From Betaproteobacteria bacterium (lineage in GTDB: Bacteria; Pseudomonadota; Gammaproteobacteria; Burkholderiales; Eutrophovitaceae), in the NCBI GenBank assembly GCA_020346185.1, contig CP070775.1:725398-789397 (forward strand): 64,000 nt of DNA. The letters are read 5' to 3'. The stretch's first letter is position 1; every line of letters starts with the position of its first letter. The position numbers and the translations under genes are program-made. Of the stretch, positions 35,269 through 45,453 are shown one piece after another. Below the pieces are notes generated by a model. That model was not told the DNA's origin. It saw nothing but the letters and a program-made list of their open reading frames with translations, and searched no databases.

Positions 35269-36765
35269 TTAGTCGATCGAGAGACGCCGGTACTGTATCG
35301 CTTCACCAAGATGCTGCGCGGTGACACGTTCGCTGCCGGCAAGATCCGCAATGGTGCGTCCCAGTCTGAGCACGCGATGATAGGCCCGCGCCGACAAGCC
35401 AAGCCGCGTCAATGCCGAGCGAAGCAATTTCTCGCCATCGGCATCGGCGCTGCAATATGCCTCTGTTTCTTTCACGCTCAATCTTGCGTTTGGCTTTCCC
35501 TGGCGCGCCACCTGTAGCTCTCGTGCGCGGGCCGTGCGCTCGCGCACCTTAGCACTTGGCTCGCCGCTTTGTTTACCGGTAATTTCACTTTCCGCCACCG
35601 CCGGAACCTCGATCTGAATATCGATGCGATCCATCAACGGCCCCGAAATGCGATTGCGGTAGCGTGACACCTGCTCCGGTGTACATCGGCATTTGCCTGA
35701 ATAGTGGCCCAGATATCCACATGGACAAGGATTCATTGCGGCGACGAGTTGAAAGCGCGCCGGAAACTCCGCCTGTCGCGCCGCGCGCGACACAACAATG
35801 CGCCCGGACTCCATTGGTTCGCGCAAAACCTCAAGGACGCTGCGCGCAAACTCGGGTAATTCATCGAGAAACAGCACGCCGTGCATCGCCATGGAAATTT
35901 CACCTGGTCGTGGCTGACTGCCGCCGCCAACCAGGGCCACTGCCGACGCCGTGTGATGGGGCGCCCGGTACGGCCGTTGATTCCACCTGCTGATATCAAA
36001 ACCCTGCGATCCCAGTGACTGGATTGCAGCCGACTCGAGCGCTTCTGCCTCGGTCATCGGAGGAAGAATACCGGCCAGGCGCTCGGCAAGCATGGTCTTG
36101 CCGCTGCCCGGTGGTCCCGCCATCAGAATGCTGTGCCCCCCCGCCGCGGCTATCTCGAGCGCGCGTTTGGCTTCGAGCTGACCTTTGACTTCGGCCATAT
36201 CGGCAGCAGCAACAGCAGATCCTGTGTGTGTACGATGGTGTCGCGCCAGCGGGTCTCGATAGGCGAGATGCGCAACAACTTCCAGCAAGCTGCCAGCAGC
36301 ATAGACTTCTGCGTCACCAACCAAAGCTGCTTCATCCGCACTCTGCACAGGCAGCACAAAAGCGCGCCCCGACCCGTGAGCGCGCCAAGTCATGGCCAGC
36401 GCGCCGCGGATCGGCCGCAGTTCGCCGGTCAAAGCCAGTTCGCCGGCAAACTCATATCTGTCCAGTTGGTCTTTCGGCAGTTGGCCGGACGCGGCCAGGA
36501 TGCCAATGGCGATGGGCAAATCAAATCGGCCGCTTTCCTTGGGCAAATCCGCAGGCGCAAGATTGACGGTAATGCGCCGCGCCGGGAATTCGAAACGGCA
36601 GTTGATCAGTGCCGAGCGCACGCGGTCGCGCGCTTCCTTGACCTCTGCCTCAGGAAGTCCAACGATGGTGAAACTGGGCAGGCCCGCTGCCAGGTGCACC
36701 TCGGTTGTCACCAACGGCGCATCCATGCCCGAGAGCGCCCGGCTATAGAGGACCGCGAGCGACAT
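35269..36765 (-). CDS. comM: YifB/ComM-family Mg-chelatase-like AAA+ ATPase
   Basis: N-terminal Lon-protease-like domain (EVHLAAGLPSFTIVGLPEAEVKEARDRV), Walker A GPPGSGKT and a C-terminal ChlI-like region. Confidence 0.9.
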   Translation of the reverse strand: MSLAVLYSRALSGMDAPLVTTEVHLAAGLPSFTIVGLPEAEVKEARDRVRSALINCRFEFPARRITVNLAPADLPKESGRFDLPIAIGILAASGQLPKDQLDRYEFAGELALTGELRPIRGALAMTWRAHGSGRAFVLPVQSADEAALVGDAEVYAAGSLLEVVAHLAYRDPLARHHRTHTGSAVAAADMAEVKGQLEAKRALEIAAAGGHSILMAGPPGSGKTMLAERLAGILPPMTEAEALESAAIQSLGSQGFDISRWNQRPYRAPHHTASAVALVGGGSQPRPGEISMAMHGVLFLDELPEFARSVLEVLREPMESGRIVVSRAARQAEFPARFQLVAAMNPCPCGYLGHYSGKCRCTPEQVSRYRNRISGPLMDRIDIQIEVPAVAESEITGKQSGEPSAKVRERTARARELQVARQGKPNARLSVKETEAYCSADADGEKLLRSALTRLGLSARAYHRVLRLGRTIADLAGSERVTAQHLGEAIQYRRLSID

Positions 36766-36779
36766 CGGCTTTAGTTCAG

Positions 36780-37070
36780 TCAGTTTTCGTTGTTATCGGT
36801 GAGCGAACGCTCAAGCTCAGCAACGCGCGTCTCCATTTGCAACAATTTTTCACGGGTGCGCTGCAAGACGGCCTGCTGAACATCGAACTCTTCACGCGTG
36901 ACCAGATCGAGCCGCGCGAACCAAGACGAGAGCAGCGCACGAAGATTTTTCTGCACATCTTCAACCGGCGTATTTGCCATCAATTCGTCGACCCGGCGAC
37001 TGATGTCATCAAAGGTTTTGCTGTCCAAGTTATCTGTCTCCTCCCCGGCGAGTTTAACCAAAGCGAGCAC
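36780..37070 (-). CDS. ubiK: UbiK (YqiC/BMFP) ubiquinone-biosynthesis accessory factor
   Basis: LDLVTREEFDVQQAVLQRTREKLLQMETRVAELE closely parallels E. coli UbiK. GTG start; the start is uncertain. Confidence 0.75.
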   Translation of the reverse strand: MLALVKLAGEETDNLDSKTFDDISRRVDELMANTPVEDVQKNLRALLSSWFARLDLVTREEFDVQQAVLQRTREKLLQMETRVAELERSLTDNNEN

Positions 37071-37178
37071 CGCCCGCAGCTTGATGTCAGTGCAGGTCCA
37101 GGATTATTCGTATCACTTTGATGCGGCGACGCAACATTTCTGTTCTGCATTGTCATCAAACTTAAACAGGAGAATTGA

Positions 37179-37902
37179 GTGCCCACGCATAAGACAGCTG
37201 CCCTGGTCACAGCCGCCGCACTCGCCCTGCCCGGCGCGGCATTAGCAGAGGACCCGCGGGTACCGAACGGCGCCAACCTGACGTTTACCACCGACTACAT
37301 ATTCCGCGGTATTTCCCAGACCGATGAGAAGTTCGACATCCAGGGTGGCTTCGACTGGGAGCGCCAATTACGGAATCCATATCGGCACCTGGGCTTCGAA
37401 CATCAGTTGGAGCGATGGCGAGGCATCGTCCGCAGAAGTCGATGTTTACTTCGGCTGGAAGAAGAGCTGGGGCGACTGGGGAACTGGATCTTGGCAACAT
37501 CCACTTCAATTATCCAGGCTTCAGCGTCGGCAACAGTGACGAAGTCTACGGCACCGGCTCGCGGAAATGGATTTACCTGAGCTATTACAGAATTGTCGGC
37601 AGCGGCTATTTCGGCGTTCAGGCTGCCAGCGGTTCAGAATGTGGGCAGATCGGCGCCGACTACACGTTTCCGGGGGCTTCACTATTGGTGCGAGTTATGG
37701 CGCAACCAGACTGAGCGTTGACAACCCGGCCATCGCTGGCCCGAACAGCCTGGCCGACGACGACTACCGAGTCTACGTCGCTTACAGTGACGGCACCCAT
37801 ACCGGCCTCGATTACGAGTTGGGCTGGACCGATACTGACATTGATAACCCAGCGCAGATAGCAAAAGACCGGGTTTACTTCTCAATCACCAAGAACTTCT
37901 AA
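37179..37902 (+). pseudogene. TorF/Gcw_chp-family putative porin, disrupted by three frameshifts
   Basis: Good RBS (ACAGGAGAA) and signal peptide. The family sequence continues across four frames: ...TTDYIFRGISQTDEKFDIQGGFDWE | ANYGIHIGTWASNISW...GWKKSWGDW | ELDLGNIHFNYPG...GADYTFP | GGFTIGASYG...RVYFSITKNF. The shifts are near 37360, 37478 (G4 run) and 37672-37676 (G5 run). Confidence 0.7.
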
Positions 37903-38085
37903 CGTCAGGCCGACCGGGCCACGCGTTTGTGGTCCATGTCAACGCGGACCAGTTCCCCCGCCCGACCTGATCAGATTGCGCAGCACGGTCTCGGTCTGCC
38001 GGAGAAGCCGGTTATCCGCCGGCCCAAGTTGACAGCGAGACTCGATTGGAATAGCGCCCCAGTGTGGTGCGAGATCGCCAGCTAA

Positions 38086-38102
38086 TGCACTATGTTAGTG
38101 CA
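38086..38102 (+). promoter_or_regulatory. NtrC-type upstream activator site
   Basis: TGCACTATGTTAGTGCA against the NtrC consensus TGCACC-N5-GGTGCA. It lies about 70 bp upstream of the sigma54 promoter, separated by an AT-rich (IHF-like) stretch. Confidence 0.5.
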
Positions 38103-38164
38103 TAGATCCCTGGAGGCAGAGCAGGAAGTTATATAACTATATGTATTTAATAGTTATTACCTGC

Positions 38165-38180
38165 TGGCACGCAAACTGCA
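38165..38180 (+). promoter_or_regulatory. Sigma54 (-24/-12) promoter of glnK-amtB
   Basis: TGGCAC-GCAAA-CTGCA against the consensus TGGCAC-N5-TTGCA, about 110 bp upstream of the glnK ATG. Confidence 0.6.
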
Positions 38181-38262
38181 CACTGCTGTCGGCGCCGGTT
38201 CACCGCAATTGGTGTCCTTCAAAAACAGGAAAAGTACGCTCGTATTCAAGCCCGGCCTGTAG

Positions 38263-38631
<369 letters not shown>

Positions 38632-38643
38632 GGGAGAACTACG

Positions 38644-39936
38644 ATGCTCAGAAAGATTCTTTCGCTGTTGACGCTGGCGGGCTTATTCTCTGCCGCGACG
38701 CCAGCCTTAGCAGAGGACGTGCTGAATTCCGGGGATACGGCCTGGATGATCGTCGCAACGGTACTGGTCATCATGATGACCATCCCCGGCCTGGCACTGT
38801 TCTATGGCGGACTGGTTCGCGCCAAGAACATGCTGTCGGTGTTGATGCAGGTTTTCGCCGTATTCGCGCTGATGTCGATCCTGTGGGCGCTGTTTGGTTA
38901 CAGCCTGGCGTTCACCGAGGGTCCGTTCAACTCGATCTACGGTGGATTCAGCAAGGCCTTCCTGTCCGGAATCACACCCGACACGCTGAGCGGCACCATT
39001 CCGGAATACGTGTTCCTCACCTTCCAGCTCACCTTTGCCTGCATCACACCGGCACTGATCGTCGGCGCATTCGCCGAACGCATCAAGTTCTCGGCCGTCT
39101 TGTGGTTCATGGTGTTCTGGCTGTTCCTTTGCTACATCCCGATCGCGCACATGGTATGGGGTGGCGGTTATCTCGCCGGATTGGGCGCGATGGACTTCGC
39201 CGGTGGCACGGTGGTTCACATCAACGCCGGTATCGCGGCATTGGTTGGCTGCATCGTGATTGGCAAGCGTATCGGCTACGGCAAGGAAGCGATGCCGCCG
39301 CATAACCTGACCTTCACCATGGTCGGCGCGGCGCTGCTGTGGGTAGGCTGGTACGGCTTCAACGTCGGTAGCGAACTCGCCGCTGACGGCACCGCCGGTC
39401 TGGTACTGATCAATACACAGCTTTGCACGGCAGCGGCGGTTCTGGGCTGGTTGTTCATTGAATGGATCGCGCGTGGCAAGCCAACCACGCTGGGCGCTGC
39501 CTCAGGCGCGGTCGCCGGCCTGGTGGCTATTACGCCCGCCTGTGCTTTTGTCGGCCCGATGGGCGCAATCGTCCTTGGCATTATCGCGGGGGTCGTGTGC
39601 TTCTGGGCGGTCACTGGTCTGAAGTCGATGTTTGGCTATGACGACTCGCTCGATGTGTTTGGCGTACACGGTGTCGGCGGAATCATCGGCGCCATCGGCA
39701 CCGGCTTCCTCGCTTCGAGCTCCTTTGGTGGCGGTGGCTACGGCGACGGCATGACCATGGGCGGCCAGGTCTGGGTGCAGATCGTCAGCGTGGTGGTCAC
39801 GATTGTCTGGACAGGAATCATCAGCTTCATCCTGTTCAAGGTCATCGACGCAGTCATCGGACTACGCGTGCCGGAAGACGAGGAACGGGAGGGCCTCGAT
39901 GCGACCCAGCACGGCGAAGTCGCTTATCACCTGTAA
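38644..39936 (+). CDS. amtB: Ammonium transporter AmtB
   Basis: Signal peptide, 11-TM Amt family, and the conserved DFAGGTVVHINAG and DDSLDVFGVHGVGG motifs. Confidence 0.95.
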   Translation: MLRKILSLLTLAGLFSAATPALAEDVLNSGDTAWMIVATVLVIMMTIPGLALFYGGLVRAKNMLSVLMQVFAVFALMSILWALFGYSLAFTEGPFNSIYGGFSKAFLSGITPDTLSGTIPEYVFLTFQLTFACITPALIVGAFAERIKFSAVLWFMVFWLFLCYIPIAHMVWGGGYLAGLGAMDFAGGTVVHINAGIAALVGCIVIGKRIGYGKEAMPPHNLTFTMVGAALLWVGWYGFNVGSELAADGTAGLVLINTQLCTAAAVLGWLFIEWIARGKPTTLGAASGAVAGLVAITPACAFVGPMGAIVLGIIAGVVCFWAVTGLKSMFGYDDSLDVFGVHGVGGIIGAIGTGFLASSSFGGGGYGDGMTMGGQVWVQIVSVVVTIVWTGIISFILFKVIDAVIGLRVPEDEEREGLDATQHGEVAYHL

Positions 39937-39962
39937 TACCTGCAATACCTCTCCTCCCCTTG

Positions 39963-39990
39963 CGGGCGCCTCTCGGGGCGCCCGTTTTTT
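39963..39990 (+). terminator. Rho-independent terminator after amtB
   Basis: CGGGCGCC-tctcgg-GGCGCCCG followed by TTTTTT. Confidence 0.8.
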
Positions 39991-40610
39991 CGTCAATTCG
40001 GATCAAACGAAACGCAACGTGGAATGCCAGCGGGCACGGCGTCGCCGCTATTATCAACGTCGCTCACCTGCCACACCCGACTTGGCGCTTGGTCAAACGC
40101 GAAAATCTCGCTGAAAAACTGTGCTGTAAGGCGCAAGGCGCTAGCAATGCGACAACACGGGTCGCCCAAGCAAACACGCGAGCGTGCCGCCAATTTCCAC
40201 CCGTTCCTGTATGCACTGCGGCATGGTCCGGCAGCTGATACTTCAGGTTCCGCACACAAGACGTTGCGGTACAACTAGCGCCGGATATTGGTGCTACGGT
40301 AAGACTTTCCAGTACCACACAAAACATGACATCGACCGCCGTACACCTCGGCAGCAGTCCTCTCGGTGACCTCGGTGATAGCTCCCGTCCGGGTTACTAC
40401 TTCTCCGATAACGATGGTCAGGGAGCAGTGATGCGACGAGTGGTGAAAATCATGTTTCGCGGTATCGGCCCAGAAACAGACGTTCTCAGCAGCCCGCAAG
40501 TCGCCTCTGCTACAATCAATGCAGCCTTCCCGCAAGCTTAGCCGGACCCGATTGCCTCGCGCTTTTGTGCAACGTTTATCGCCGCCAGACGGCGAGACAG
40601 CAAAATCCGC

Positions 40611-41579
40611 ATGAAGATTCTTTTCGTACTCGACCCGCTCGATAGCATCAAAACGTACAAGGACACGTCCTATGCGATGATGCGCGAGGCGGTCTTCCGT
40701 GGCTATCATCTTGCAGTCATGCGGCAAGAGGATCTGGTTTGGCAAAGTGGGCAGGTGATTTGTTTCGCGCAGGATCTCGAGCTAACCGGTGATGAAAAAG
40801 TCTGGTATCACGCCAGTGAACGAAGCGCTCGGTCGCCTCTGGATTTCGATTGCATCATCATGCGCAAAGACCCTCCGTTCGACATGGAGTATGTCTACAG
40901 CACTTACTTACTGGAAATGGCCGAAAAGCTCGGCACCCCGGTTTTCAATCGGCCGGCCGCGATTCGCGATTTCAACGAGAAGCTGTCGATTTCGCGCTAC
41001 GCACAATTCACTGTTCCGACCCTGGTGACGCGCCATGAATCGCTGATTCGCGATTTTGCCGATGAGCATGCCGATGTCATTCTCAAGCCGCTGGACGGTA
41101 TGGGTGGCACGTCAATTTTCCGGTCCGGCGCAGACGATCCGAATCTGGGAGTCATCATCGAAACCCTGACATTAATGGGAAGCCGAACGATCATGGTACA
41201 GCGCTATATTTCAGAAATCAGCGAAGGCGACAAGCGTGTACTGGTAATCGATGGCGAACCGGTACCCTACACACTGGCACGCATTCCGAAACCACGCGAG
41301 CATCGCGGCAACCTGGCGGCCGGAGGACGCGGTGTGGCGATGCCCATCACCGAGCGCGAACGGGAGATTGCCGAAACAATCGGTCCTGAGCTAAAAGCGC
41401 ACGGCCTTCTGTTGGTCGGCCTCGATGTGATCGGCGGCAGCCTGACCGAGGTCAATGTCACCAGCCCGACCTGCATGCGTGAGATACATGACCAGACCGG
41501 CTGTAACGTTGCGAGCATATTCATCGATGCCCTGGAGCGCAACCTTGTACAACCTGCGGCGGACACTGCGGCGCGTTAA
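40611..41579 (+). CDS. gshB: Glutathione synthetase
   Basis: MKILFVLDPLDSIKTYKDTSYAMMREA N-terminus and an ATP-grasp C-terminal domain (KPLDGMGG, VNVTSPT). Confidence 0.9.
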   Translation: MKILFVLDPLDSIKTYKDTSYAMMREAVFRGYHLAVMRQEDLVWQSGQVICFAQDLELTGDEKVWYHASERSARSPLDFDCIIMRKDPPFDMEYVYSTYLLEMAEKLGTPVFNRPAAIRDFNEKLSISRYAQFTVPTLVTRHESLIRDFADEHADVILKPLDGMGGTSIFRSGADDPNLGVIIETLTLMGSRTIMVQRYISEISEGDKRVLVIDGEPVPYTLARIPKPREHRGNLAAGGRGVAMPITEREREIAETIGPELKAHGLLLVGLDVIGGSLTEVNVTSPTCMREIHDQTGCNVASIFIDALERNLVQPAADTAAR

Positions 41580-41655
41580 ACGCCATCAGGTGAGCATGGT
41601 CATTGCGTGACCGGGGAGTACAATCACCAGAAGGTCGAGTCGGCGACAAGGAAGA

Positions 41656-42081
41656 ATGGTTGGAATACTGCTGATTACCCACGGTACTCTCGGCGAGAGC
41701 CTGATTCATTGCGCTAGCCACGTCATGGGTGGTCGCCCGCCCTACGTCATGCAGATCGGTGTCACGCCGCAAGAAGACCCTGAGCTTATCCTGCCGCAAG
41801 CAATCAAACTGTTGCGCACGCTCGACCAGGGCGACGGCGTGCTGGTTTTTTCCGATATCTACGGCGCCACACCCTGTAACATCGCGAGCCGACTGCTCGC
41901 GCCCGGCAAGATAGAGGGCGTGGCTGGCGTCAATCTCCCCATGCTGATTCGCGCTTTGACCTACCGCACCGAGCCGTTGCACACGGTCGTTGATAAAGCG
42001 CTTTCGGGGGGAGCGCAAGGTGTCATGCAAATTCCGTTTTCTCAATTGCGCAATGCTGCGTCAGCAAATCGAAATCGTTAA
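41656..42081 (+). CDS. PTS EIIA component, mannose/fructose family (PtsM-like, regulatory PTS)
   Basis: GILLITHGTLGESL with the phosphorylatable His, and VLVFSDIYGATPCN; 141 aa. Confidence 0.85.
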   Translation: MVGILLITHGTLGESLIHCASHVMGGRPPYVMQIGVTPQEDPELILPQAIKLLRTLDQGDGVLVFSDIYGATPCNIASRLLAPGKIEGVAGVNLPMLIRALTYRTEPLHTVVDKALSGGAQGVMQIPFSQLRNAASANRNR

Positions 42082-42322
42082 TCGGCTGGGTTTGCATGCA
42101 CGGGCGTCAGCAAAGCTGACACAGCTCGCCGGCAGCTTTCAGTGTGATGTCTGGATGACACGCGATTCTCGGCGGGTCAATGCCAAGAGCATCATGGGGG
42201 TCATGATGCTTGCCGCCGCAAAAGGCAGCAGCATTGAACTCGAAACAGACGGGCCCGACGAACAGGCGGCAATGGATGCTCTGGTTGCATTGATCAAGGA
42301 CAAATTCGGTGAAGGGGAATGA
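42053..42322 (+). CDS. ptsH: Phosphocarrier protein HPr
   Basis: MLRQQIEIVNRLGLHARASAKL with the active-site His, and the regulatory Ser region NAKSIMGVMML. Start at the internal ATG 42053. Overlaps the EIIA 3' end. Confidence 0.9.
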   Translation: MLRQQIEIVNRLGLHARASAKLTQLAGSFQCDVWMTRDSRRVNAKSIMGVMMLAAAKGSSIELETDGPDEQAAMDALVALIKDKFGEGE

Positions 42323-42382
42323 CATGTTTTCGTCCGTCGACTACCAACTAAGCGCTTCGCTTATCTCAAACTCACACAGCAC

Positions 42383-44107
42383 ATGAGTTTTACCATTCAT
42401 GGCGTAGGCGTCTCCGGTGGCATTGCCATCGGCCGGGCACAGCTGGTATCTCACGCCCAGCTCGAGGTGGCGCACTACGACATCCCTGAATCACAGGTGA
42501 CGACAGAGAAAGCCCGCTTTGACGCGGCTATCGCGCAGGTTCGGCAAGATCTCACCGAGCTCGCCGATCATATACCGCCCGGAGTGCCGGCGGCAGAGTT
42601 CGAGGCGTTTCTCAACCTGCATCGAATGATTCTGGAGGACTCGACGCTTTCCGAAGTCCCCAAGCAGCTGATCGAGTCGATGCACTGCAACGCGGAATGG
42701 GCGCTGAAACTGCAGATGGAAACGTTGGTCGAGCAATTTGACCGCGTCGAGGACGTCTATCTGCGGGAACGCAAGGCCGACATTCAACAAGTCGTGGAGC
42801 GTGTCCTCAAGGCTCTGCTGGGGCGGCCTGGCTATACAGTGCGTAACATCCCGGAGGAGAACGCGATCCTGGTTGCGCACGATCTGTCGCCCGCCGACGT
42901 GGTAGTGTTCAAACAACACCATTTCGCCAGCTTTATTACCGATCTAGGTGGCGCGACATCCCACACAGCGATCGTTGCACGCAGCCTCAATATCCCTTCG
43001 GTGGTCGCGCTACATCAGGCGCGCACACTGATTCGCGAGAACGAAACGCTGATCGTTGACGGAAATCACGGTGTGGTAATCGTCAACCCCGATGATGCCG
43101 TTCTGACCGAGTACAAGCTGCGGCAGGAGCAATGGCAACTCGAGCGCGAGAAACTCAAGCGTCTCACGCGCACCAAGTCTGCCACACTGGACAGCATCGA
43201 GGTCGATCTGCATGCAAACATCGAATTGCCGGAAGACGTTACGTTGGCGAAAGAAAACGGCGCAACGGGTATCGGGTTATTCCGCACCGAGTTTCTGTTC
43301 CTCGATCGCGGTGACCTGCCCAGTGAAGACGAGCAGTTCGAAGCTTATCGCCGTGTTGCGCTCGAGATGGAGGGTATGCCGGTCACCGTTCGCACGTTCG
43401 ATCTTGGCGCCGACAAGCAAGCGCCCGATGCGAGCCGGGTTGCACCGAATCCGGCGCTGGGTTTGCGCGCCATCCGTCTGTGCCTGGCCGAACCGCGACT
43501 GTTTCACCATCAACTACGCGCCATCCTGCGAGCTTCACATTACGGCAAAATCCGGATCCTGATCCCGATGCTGTCATCGATGCACGAAATCGAGCAGGTT
43601 TTGCATCTGATTAGGGAAGCCAAAGAATCGTTGGACGAGGGCGGCATCCCCTATGACAACAGCGTCCAAGTCGGCGGCATGATCGAGATTCCAGCGGCCG
43701 CCCTGTCCGTCAACATGTTCATGCGCAAGCTCGACTTCGTATCGATCGGCACCAACGATCTGATCCAGTACACGCTCGCGATAGACCGCAGTGACGACAG
43801 CGTCGCGCACCTGTACGACCCCCTACACCCGGCGGTGCTGGAACTTGTTTCACACATCATCCGTAGCGCCAATCGGGTCGGCAAACCGGTCGCTGTTTGC
43901 GGCGAAATGGCTGGTGACACTCGCCTGACGCGTTTGCTACTTGGCTTCGGTCTGCGCCAATTCTCGATGCACCCGGCCTATCTGCTGGCAGTAAAGCAGG
44001 TTGTGCTCAAGACAGGCGTGTCGGACCTAGCCGGTACGACACAGAGGATTCTGCGAAGCCATGTTTCCGATCGAATCGAGAACCTGCTCCAGAGAATGAA
44101 CGTTTGA
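42383..44107 (+). CDS. ptsI: Phosphoenolpyruvate-protein phosphotransferase (Enzyme I)
   Basis: Active-site region GGATSHTAIVARSLNIPSVV and the PEP-utiliser TIM barrel (GLFRTEFLF, SIGTNDLIQYTLA). Confidence 0.95.
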   Translation: MSFTIHGVGVSGGIAIGRAQLVSHAQLEVAHYDIPESQVTTEKARFDAAIAQVRQDLTELADHIPPGVPAAEFEAFLNLHRMILEDSTLSEVPKQLIESMHCNAEWALKLQMETLVEQFDRVEDVYLRERKADIQQVVERVLKALLGRPGYTVRNIPEENAILVAHDLSPADVVVFKQHHFASFITDLGGATSHTAIVARSLNIPSVVALHQARTLIRENETLIVDGNHGVVIVNPDDAVLTEYKLRQEQWQLEREKLKRLTRTKSATLDSIEVDLHANIELPEDVTLAKENGATGIGLFRTEFLFLDRGDLPSEDEQFEAYRRVALEMEGMPVTVRTFDLGADKQAPDASRVAPNPALGLRAIRLCLAEPRLFHHQLRAILRASHYGKIRILIPMLSSMHEIEQVLHLIREAKESLDEGGIPYDNSVQVGGMIEIPAAALSVNMFMRKLDFVSIGTNDLIQYTLAIDRSDDSVAHLYDPLHPAVLELVSHIIRSANRVGKPVAVCGEMAGDTRLTRLLLGFGLRQFSMHPAYLLAVKQVVLKTGVSDLAGTTQRILRSHVSDRIENLLQRMNV

Positions 44108-44157
44108 ACCTGCCTTATCGTCGCACGTCTGCCCAAACATGAGATCGGCTCGATTCG

Positions 44158-45165
44158 ATGCGTTTCGGCACTGACCAACTAGCGCGACGGCTAGAGCGTG
44201 AACTCGCGCCGCTGTACGTTGTCTTCGGTGAGGAACTGCTGCTCGCGCTCGAAGCGGCAGATCGCATACGCACGGCCGCGTTGGCGGCCGGATTCGAAGA
44301 GCGCAAGATTCTCATCGCAGACGCCGGATTTGACTGGGGGGCGTTGCGCGAGGCCGGCCAGAGCCTGTCGCTTTTTGCCGATAAACGCATTGTCGACCTG
44401 CGTGTACCCAGCGGCAAGCCCGGCAAGAACGGTTCAGAGGCGCTCGTCGAATACTGCGAATCACTGCCGGACAACACCGTCACGGTGGTAAATCTGCCGA
44501 CGCTGGACCGTCACGCATTGGCCTCCAGGTGGTTCGGTGCGCTGGAAAAGGCTGGTGAAACGGTGCACGCAAGAAGTGTCGCCCGTGAGCACCTTCCGGC
44601 GTGGATCTCACAGCGCCTCTCGCAACAGCAGCAAAAGGCTTCACGAGAGACGGTGGCATTCATTGCCGAGCGTGTCGAAGGCAATCTGATGGCGGCCTAT
44701 CAGGAGATACAAAAGCTGGCCCTGCTGTTTCCGCCGGGTGAGTTGTCCTTTGAAAACGTCAAAAGCGCTGTGCTCGACGTCGCCCGTTTCGACGTCTTCG
44801 AGTTGGGTGCCACGCTGCTACGCGGGGACCGCAGCTATTTCCTGCGCACGCTGGACGGACTGCGGGATGAGGGCGCTGCTGTACCACTGGTGTTGTGGGC
44901 CGTCGCCGAAGAAGCTCGCGCGCTGAGCCGCGTCAGGAGCCTGGTCGATAATGGCGTTTCGCTAAATCAAGCCATGCGACAAGCACGCGTGTGGGGCGCG
45001 CGTCAGAAACTATTGCCGCAGGCACTGAGCAGACTCGACCAAAAGCAGTTGTTTGTTGCGCTACGAAACGCCGCGCGCGTGGATCGCATCGCCAAAGGAC
45101 TGGCTAAGGGTGACGTTTGGGACGCTTTGCTGAAGCTGGGTTTGTCACTCATGCCAAAGCCCTGA
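44158..45165 (+). CDS. holA: DNA polymerase III delta subunit
   Basis: PLYVVFGEELLLALEAADRIR...SLSLFADKRIVDLRV pattern typical of HolA; followed by proA. Confidence 0.85.
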   Translation: MRFGTDQLARRLERELAPLYVVFGEELLLALEAADRIRTAALAAGFEERKILIADAGFDWGALREAGQSLSLFADKRIVDLRVPSGKPGKNGSEALVEYCESLPDNTVTVVNLPTLDRHALASRWFGALEKAGETVHARSVAREHLPAWISQRLSQQQQKASRETVAFIAERVEGNLMAAYQEIQKLALLFPPGELSFENVKSAVLDVARFDVFELGATLLRGDRSYFLRTLDGLRDEGAAVPLVLWAVAEEARALSRVRSLVDNGVSLNQAMRQARVWGARQKLLPQALSRLDQKQLFVALRNAARVDRIAKGLAKGDVWDALLKLGLSLMPKP

Positions 45166-45395
45166 CAGAGTGGTCGGAGCACTACTACGCGGCTCCGATT
45201 GCTGGGTCACGTGCTCGCTTACTCCTCGCGCGAAGCCATTGAATATGTCGTTTCGACATAACATTCTCGTCGCCAATGTGCGTTTTGGCCCGGACTCGCC
45301 TGGCTGGTCTTCTCGTGATGCGCAGGTTTTTGTCAGAATGGGTAGCTACTTACACTCGGGTCACTCGCTGCACTTTCCACAAGAGCAGCCGACAT
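45165..45395. repeat. Family-2 palindromic repeat, long variant, starting in the holA stop codon
   Basis: tgACAGAGTGGTCGGAGCACTACTACGCGG...cgattgctgggtcacgtgctcgc... and ...cactcgggtcactcgctgcac. Related to the copies at 48735, 60538, 51436 and 33835. Confidence 0.6.
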
Positions 45396-45453
45396 CGGGC
45401 CCAGTTCCCAGATTAGAGTTAGAATCGCGGCTAACTATCGGCGCGCGTATCGC

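Noticed and set aside
40000-40610. 610-bp gap between the amtB terminator and gshB, with ORFs 40326..40541 (+) and 40275..40745 (-)
   Set aside because: Neither ORF has an RBS, motifs or plausible composition, and the minus ORF overlaps the gshB start. I looked for RNase P, tmRNA, SRP and 6S hallmarks and saw none. Left unannotated.
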